Position numbers and translations under genes: made by a program | Source: an uncultured Chloroflexia bacterium | Lineage (GTDB): Bacteria; Chloroflexota; Chloroflexia; QHBQ01; JADMIH01 | Assembly: GCA_963797095.1 (NCBI GenBank) | Contig: CAWCNY010000002.1 | Location: forward strand, 32,001 to 96,000 | Direction of reading: 5' to 3' | Length of the DNA stretch: 64,000 bases | Notes under the pieces: generated by a model | The model's database searches: none | The model's input: only the letters and a program-made list of their open reading frames with translations | Told to the model about the DNA's origin: nothing | Part shown: positions 58,704 through 64,000 of the stretch, piece by piece | Numbering within the stretch: the stretch's first letter is position 1 | Layout: each line of letters starts with the position of its first letter

Positions 58704-59171
58704 ATGGAGGAAACTGAAATGCCAACCCATACTATGGAGGCGACAATGACCACCCTTGAACAGAACAAGGCCCTCATACGCAGGTTCGTAACAGAAGACT
58801 TGAATACTGACAATCGCGATGTCGCCGACGAGTTGGTGAGTGAGGATTTCGTTGACCACACCAACCCGCCCCATCTCAAATATGGGCTGGATGGTCACAA
58901 AGGGATCGTACGGATCTTCCGCTTGGCCTTCCCAGACCTGGAATTCATCATCGAGGATATGGTCGCTGAGGGCGACAAAGTGGTTGTGCGCATGCCCTTC
59001 AAGGCCACCCATCTCGGCGACTTCTTCGGCATCCCCGCCACCGGCAAGCAAGTCTACGTCGAAGGCGTGCATATCCTCCGCATCGCCGACGGCAAGGTAG
59101 CCGAGCACTGGGGCAGCAACGACGACCTGGGCCTCATGCGCCAGCTAGGCGTCCTACCGGAAGGTATGTAG
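58704..59171 (+). CDS. SnoaL-like ester cyclase, divergent from MarR
   Basis: NKALIRRF, AFPDL, AEGDKVV, THLGDFFGIPATGK, DGKVAEHW. Confidence 0.9.
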   Translation: MEETEMPTHTMEATMTTLEQNKALIRRFVTEDLNTDNRDVADELVSEDFVDHTNPPHLKYGLDGHKGIVRIFRLAFPDLEFIIEDMVAEGDKVVVRMPFKATHLGDFFGIPATGKQVYVEGVHILRIADGKVAEHWGSNDDLGLMRQLGVLPEGM

Positions 59172-59173
59172 TG

Positions 59174-60607
59174 CTACCTGACCTTGCCCCACAGGTCATA
59201 CTCTGTGCTCTCGGTAATCAGCGCCTGCACCACGTTCCCCTGCTGTAGCTCCACACCCTTCGGCGCTTTCAAGAACACCATCCCGTCCACTTCCGGGGCC
59301 TGCCTGTAAGTCCGCCCAGCATAGATCGGCACAGTGCGCCCTTTCCCATCTTCCAGGGTGCCTGTGCCGTCTATCAGTACCTGCATAGTCTTCCCCACCA
59401 ATCGGCGGTTCTTGGCCGCGCTGATCTTCTGCTGGCGCAGCATCGCCTCACGGTAGCGCTTCATCTTCAGCTTCTCAGGCACCTGGTTCGGCATATCCGC
59501 CGCCGGCGTCCCCTTCTCCGGCGAATAAGTGAACATCCCCACGTTGTCGAACTTCATTTCGTCAATGAAGTCCAGCAGTCCCTTGAACTCCTCGTCGGTC
59601 TCGCCGGGGAACCCCACAATAAACGTGGTGCGGATCGCTATATCGGGCATGGCCTCTCTCAACTGCCCGATCAACCGCCTGTTGCGCTCCACGTCGTTAG
59701 GTCGCTTCATCCTCCTGAGCATCTCCGGGTGCCCATGCTGAAGCGGTATGTCTATATAGCGGGCCACCTGTGGGTGCCGCGCCATAGTCTCGATCATCAG
59801 TGGCGTTAGCTGAGTTGGATAAGCGTACATCAACCGCACCCACATAATATCGGGCGCTGTCTCCGCTATCCGGTCAAACAGGTGCGCCAGCCCATCGCGC
59901 AGCCCCAGGTCAATACCGTAATAAGTGCTGTCCTGCGCGATCAACACCACCTCGCGCACGCCCTGCTCGGCAAGCTCGGCCACTTCGCCCGCGATCTCAT
60001 CTATCGGACGCGACACATGCTTCCCCCTGATCGCCGGGATAATACAGAAGCCGCACTTGTGGTCGCACCCCTCGCTGATCTTCACATACGCGCTGGGCCC
60101 CTTCGCCTTGCGCCGGAAGCGCTTCAGTTGCGCTGTCGGCTGCACAGGTGCGATAGGGGCCCAGGCCACCGACTGAGGCCCACCGATCTCGGTCTCTTTC
60201 CTCAATGGCGCGATTGTCAGCAATCCAGGGTCTTCACCCACAACCCCTCGCTCCCGCAATCCGCGCAGGTTCTCAACGAAAGGCACGATCTCAGGCCACG
60301 TGCGTGTCGACAGTACGCCGTCCACGCCCGCCACCCACTCAGGCACATCAGCCGCGTAACGCTGGCTCATGCACCCTGCCGATATCAGCAATTGCCCGTC
60401 GCGCTTGCTCTCGGCCAGCGTGCGCAATTCCCCAACCGACTCGTCCACCGCAGCTTGCAGGAACGCGCAGGTGTTCACAATAAGCACGTCCGAATCTTGC
60501 GGCGTGGCGCTCTGCTCGTACCCGGCCTCAGTCAGAAGGGCGCTCATCCCCTCGCTGTCCACGTTATTCTTCTCACACCCGAGCGTTACTATATTGAATT
60601 TAGGCAT
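59174..60607 (-). CDS. rimO: Ribosomal protein S12 methylthiotransferase
   Basis: TLGCEKNNVDSE, NTCAF, YVKISEGCDHKCGFC, W.RLMYAYP, APEVDG TRAM domain. Confidence 0.95.
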   Translation of the reverse strand: MPKFNIVTLGCEKNNVDSEGMSALLTEAGYEQSATPQDSDVLIVNTCAFLQAAVDESVGELRTLAESKRDGQLLISAGCMSQRYAADVPEWVAGVDGVLSTRTWPEIVPFVENLRGLRERGVVGEDPGLLTIAPLRKETEIGGPQSVAWAPIAPVQPTAQLKRFRRKAKGPSAYVKISEGCDHKCGFCIIPAIRGKHVSRPIDEIAGEVAELAEQGVREVVLIAQDSTYYGIDLGLRDGLAHLFDRIAETAPDIMWVRLMYAYPTQLTPLMIETMARHPQVARYIDIPLQHGHPEMLRRMKRPNDVERNRRLIGQLREAMPDIAIRTTFIVGFPGETDEEFKGLLDFIDEMKFDNVGMFTYSPEKGTPAADMPNQVPEKLKMKRYREAMLRQQKISAAKNRRLVGKTMQVLIDGTGTLEDGKGRTVPIYAGRTYRQAPEVDGMVFLKAPKGVELQQGNVVQALITESTEYDLWGKVR

Positions 60608-60620
60608 ATATCTTCTAATA

Positions 60621-61118
60621 TTATCTGTAATTGATGAATTGCAAGGCCACAGGCAGATCGTCCGCCTTGCCGCGCAGGTGCTGAATTACACGTTGCAACT
60701 CGTCCTTGCTCTTCGACATAATTCGCAGCGACTCGCCCTGTATCTGTGGCTGCACCTTCGGGAAACTGCTCCTGATATCTTTGCTGAGCGACTTGGCAAG
60801 CTCCTCGTTCAGCCCGCGTTGCAAATCAACCACTTGCCGGTATCGGCCGCCCGAAGCAGGCTCCACGTTCCCAAACTTGAATATCTTGAGCGACAGCCCG
60901 CGCTTGATCGCCTTGCTCTGCAAAATATCCTTGATAGCCGCCAGGTGGAACTCGCTATCCGTATTGATCGTGATCTTATTCCCCTCAAGGTCGATCTCAG
61001 TCTTGCTATCCTTCAGATCGTACCGCGTGCGCACCTCGCGCAGCGTCTGGTCAACAGTATTGACCATCTCCTGCCGCTCGAAATCGCTAACCACATCAAA
61101 TGAAAATGTATCTGGCAT
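60621..61118 (-). CDS. yajQ: YajQ family nucleotide-binding protein
   Basis: SFDVVS, RYDLK, KVQ.QIQGE.LR...KSKD.LQ, QF.NYR. Confidence 0.95.
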   Translation of the reverse strand: MPDTFSFDVVSDFERQEMVNTVDQTLREVRTRYDLKDSKTEIDLEGNKITINTDSEFHLAAIKDILQSKAIKRGLSLKIFKFGNVEPASGGRYRQVVDLQRGLNEELAKSLSKDIRSSFPKVQPQIQGESLRIMSKSKDELQRVIQHLRGKADDLPVALQFINYR

Positions 61119-61136
61119 AAACTCTCCTCACCAATT

Positions 61137-61286
61137 CCGACTACCGACTACCGACTACCGACTACCGACTACCGACTACCGACTACCGACTACCGACTAC
61201 CGACTACCGACTACCGACTACCGACTACCGACTACCGACTACCGACTACCAACTACCGACTACCGACTACCGACTACCGACTACCA
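61137..61286. repeat. (CCGACTA) x ~21 heptamer repeat
   Basis: Near-perfect array with one CCAACTA variant. Confidence 0.97.
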
Positions 61287-61311
61287 GCAACCAGGAACTT
61301 GGAACGAGCAA

Positions 61312-62265
61312 CTAAGGCTGAATCACCTGCTCATTCCCCGCCTTATCCCACTTCTTCTCCACAATCAGATTGTCAGGCGTGCCCATAATCCCCCGGTCCG
61401 CGCCATTCACATACACGCGCACCGAGTCCGCACGCCCTACCCTCAATTGAATTGTATTCTTGCCCGTCCATTGGCGAGATGTGCCTATAGCAAGCGTGCC
61501 CGCGAATTGCTGCACGCCGTCTATGCGAACGCTGATCCACGACTCGTGCCCGCTTATCACCACCTTGAGCGTAATAGACGCTGCTGCCGGAATAGACACC
61601 GTAGCGGTAGAAGGATTCGTACCCGTGATAGTCCCCGCCACCCCTGTGCCTGGGATAGTCGCCACGGGCGAGCTGCTGGACGGCGTCGGCGGCACCAGCA
61701 CGGTGGGCGTGTTGAACGCTCCTCCATTGGGATTACTGGCTATGGCAGTCACACTTCCAACGGGAGCCGCCGTTATCGTAGGAGGGCGCGCCGATATAGG
61801 CGGGGTGGGTGGTGGTTGGCTTTGCGGCCCTGCGTAAGCACTGTATATGAAGTAGAACACTATCAGCAATGGGATCGCCAGCAGCGAGAGCGCGATGTAC
61901 TGGCTACCATACCTTACTCGCGTATCGATCCGCTCATTGCTCAGCGGTTGGATGCTGATCTTATCCTGGTCCGGCCGTATTGCTGTCTTACTGGGCGGCT
62001 CTCCCCGCGCGGCTTTGATCCGCTCGCGTGTCGGCTGGCTTTGCGCGTCGTAAAGAGCCAGCGCCTGGTCGGCGTCGATCTCCAGGTAGGATGCATAGTT
62101 GCGAACGAAACCCCGCGCGTACACCGGCCCGGGCAGCGCTGCCGTATTGTCGTCCTCCAGCGCGAGCAGGTACTTCTGACGTATTCTAGTGCCGATCTCT
62201 GCGTCGGCTAGCGACAGGCCCCTTGCCTCTCGTGCCGTGCGCAGCACCTCTCCTAATGATGCCAA
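61312..62265 (-). CDS. rodZ: RodZ-like protein (HTH, TM segment, DUF4115)
   Basis: LGEVLR.ARE.RGLSL, LPG.VYARGFVRNYA.YL, TM segment, SWISVRIDG. Confidence 0.85.
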   Translation of the reverse strand: MASLGEVLRTAREARGLSLADAEIGTRIRQKYLLALEDDNTAALPGPVYARGFVRNYASYLEIDADQALALYDAQSQPTRERIKAARGEPPSKTAIRPDQDKISIQPLSNERIDTRVRYGSQYIALSLLAIPLLIVFYFIYSAYAGPQSQPPPTPPISARPPTITAAPVGSVTAIASNPNGGAFNTPTVLVPPTPSSSSPVATIPGTGVAGTITGTNPSTATVSIPAAASITLKVVISGHESWISVRIDGVQQFAGTLAIGTSRQWTGKNTIQLRVGRADSVRVYVNGADRGIMGTPDNLIVEKKWDKAGNEQVIQP

Positions 62266-62426
62266 ACATCTTCTCCCATGGTACGTGATGCATATTGAGT
62301 GGCGGGTGATATGTATCTGTAACTCGTTCTTATAGGTTCAAGCAATGAGTGCCCGTTCCGAGTGTTTCACCCCTTAACATAACGTGCTGGCATAGGTTCC
62401 GTCAAGTTTCCGCCAACGCAATCTGC

Positions 62427-62541
62427 CCAAAACCACCCGAAAGTACACCCCAAAACCTGTCCAGATTTGCCCCACCAATGCCTTATTGTTAACGAGGGCA
62501 AGACCAACCATGTAACCCCACAAACACCAGAATCCCGATCA
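62427..62541 (+). repeat. Dispersed ~115-bp intergenic repeat, copy 2
   Basis: Homologous to 42082-42197. Confidence 0.88.
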
Positions 62542-62587
62542 ACCACTGCCCAAAGGTCCACATCCGCTAATCAGCAGTCCGAACCGG

Positions 62588-62671
62588 CCACTCGTCACTC
62601 GCCACTCGCCACTCGTCACTCGCCACTCGCCACTCGTCACTCGCCACTCGCCACTCATCACTCGTCACTCG
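62588..62671. repeat. CCACTCG/TCACTCG heptamer tract
   Basis: Direct reading. Confidence 0.93.
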
Positions 62672-62690
62672 CTTGTTCCGGGGTGATAGA

Positions 62691-63992
62691 TCAGCGTAAG
62701 CGCGGGCGCGCATCCTCAAGTGCCGCCAGTGGCTGCAACTCCTCCGCCTGAGCCAGTAGCCGCGTACCCACCTCTTGATCCGCTGGTGCGGAGCTATTCT
62801 GCATATAGCTGCTGATCAGTTGCAAAGATGGCGGGTAAAGAGCGATTATCGCAGACTCGATCTCGTCGAGCGGAACCTTCTCGCTGGTGATCCCTCGGAG
62901 GTCGAACTGCGGGTCCTGCGCCGCCATATCGCCTCCTCCCGTAGCTATGCGGTAGCCAAACCCGTCGGGTACAAGCCGGTCCTTGTGGTTCTCAAGCAGT
63001 ATCTGCGCCTCCTGCTGCCCTTGCAGATCGCCGGTGGCGACCACAAAGTCGGCATACACAGGCCGCTCCCCAAGATTGCTGTCTATAAACCCGTTGAGCG
63101 TATCCATGTAGGAGGCCTGCAAGCGCTGCGGGACTATCCCCGTATTGATCCACTGCTGGAGCAGCACCTTGTATTCCGCGAGCGGCCCTGCATTCTTGCT
63201 CACCACGTCAGGGTAGTTGCGCTCCAGGTAATCTATATAGAAAGGCTGGCGCAGCATCTCCTTATCTATTACCACCACGTCAGGACGTTCATTCAGCACG
63301 TGCTGCAAGTAGAAACTTGCCGATGTGATATCCCAGTAGTCGGTAAGCACCACCGCATTCGGGCGATAATTCTTGAATGCGTTGCGGATGAATAGCTCCG
63401 CGGTGTAGTTATCGCGATGCCCTGCTGCTCCCCAGTTGATAAGCAGGGCAACCACAGGCAAGATCGCCCCGCCAACCAATGCGCCCGCGACCTTACGCGT
63501 CAGCACTCCCCTATCCTGCACCCGGTCGCGTATCCAGAGCGCTCCCTGGGCTATACCCAGCCCAGCCAACCACAGGGCTATGATATAGAACGGCACATAG
63601 TAGGTCGCGATCTCTCTGATGCTGTAGTTGAGTGCGGCCAGCAAATCTACAAGGGCTATCGCTCCTGTGGCGGCCAGCAACCCTCGATCCTTCCGCCACA
63701 GGTAAAGCACCCCGGCTCCAATCGGCACCAGCAGAATAATACCCAGCCATATACCGAACTGATTTGCGATGAAAATGAAGGCATCGGTCACATGGTTGCC
63801 GAAATCGCCGCTTCCAAAGAGACCCTGGTAGTTCTGGGCCGTCACAAGCCTCCAGAAGTTGTTCCAGCTATCGGGCGATCCCCAATCGATCAATGGGTCC
63901 ATGCTCGAACAAATCGGCAGGTAAAGGAATAGCAACAGCGGCACAAGCCCGGCGCTGATCAGCCTCCCCAAGTGCCGGAAGATTCGGCGCAC
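62691..63992 (-). CDS. DUF2723-like (GT-C type) membrane protein, 5'-truncated by the window edge
   Basis: YLP......P..DWG.P..W..FW..V...Y; YLQ.V...RPDV. Confidence 0.72.
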   Translation of the reverse strand: MRRIFRHLGRLISAGLVPLLLFLYLPICSSMDPLIDWGSPDSWNNFWRLVTAQNYQGLFGSGDFGNHVTDAFIFIANQFGIWLGIILLVPIGAGVLYLWRKDRGLLAATGAIALVDLLAALNYSIREIATYYVPFYIIALWLAGLGIAQGALWIRDRVQDRGVLTRKVAGALVGGAILPVVALLINWGAAGHRDNYTAELFIRNAFKNYRPNAVVLTDYWDITSASFYLQHVLNERPDVVVIDKEMLRQPFYIDYLERNYPDVVSKNAGPLAEYKVLLQQWINTGIVPQRLQASYMDTLNGFIDSNLGERPVYADFVVATGDLQGQQEAQILLENHKDRLVPDGFGYRIATGGGDMAAQDPQFDLRGITSEKVPLDEIESAIIALYPPSLQLISSYMQNSSAPADQEVGTRLLAQAEELQPLAALEDARPRLR

Positions 63993-64000
63993 TATCTCAC

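Noticed and set aside
61137-61286. Heptamer arrays as CRISPR
   Set aside because: Contiguous 7-mers with no unique spacers; no cas genes in the window
60706-62211. 501-aa plus-strand ORF containing (RLPTTDY)n
   Set aside because: Antisense to yajQ and rodZ; kept open by the repeat tract

Overview
Bacterial chromosomal window, most likely Chloroflexota (FMN-riboswitch-controlled ribXY, GAAC-N4-GTTC-type LexA box, oriC upstream of a dnaN not paired with dnaA). The backbone is housekeeping: rsmA, ispE, ribXY, mgtA, an MFS transporter, a T-box-controlled serA-serB fusion plus class V aminotransferase, ogt, prsW, oriC-dnaN-parS, lipid genes, rimO, yajQ and rodZ. From about 5.8 to 28.2 kb lies an integration hotspot built around one tRNA-Arg(TCG) at 15498-15574 (-). 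Two integrase-less islets are bounded by 3'-half tRNA copies: one carries only a LexA-boxed DnaE2-like polymerase, the other is a toxin-antitoxin graveyard. On the other side, an ~11.8 kb tyrosine-integrase/primase-polymerase element duplicates the tRNA 5' half and a homologous sigma70 promoter, and carries a nuclease-EVE protein, a type IIG R-M enzyme and an HNH/RHH divergon. The window also has an ISAzo13-family IS splitting an aminotransferase, a TPR protein with an apparently dead site-2-protease domain, and about 11 heptamer tandem-repeat tracts of varying sequence. All calls come from reading motifs by eye; no searches were run.
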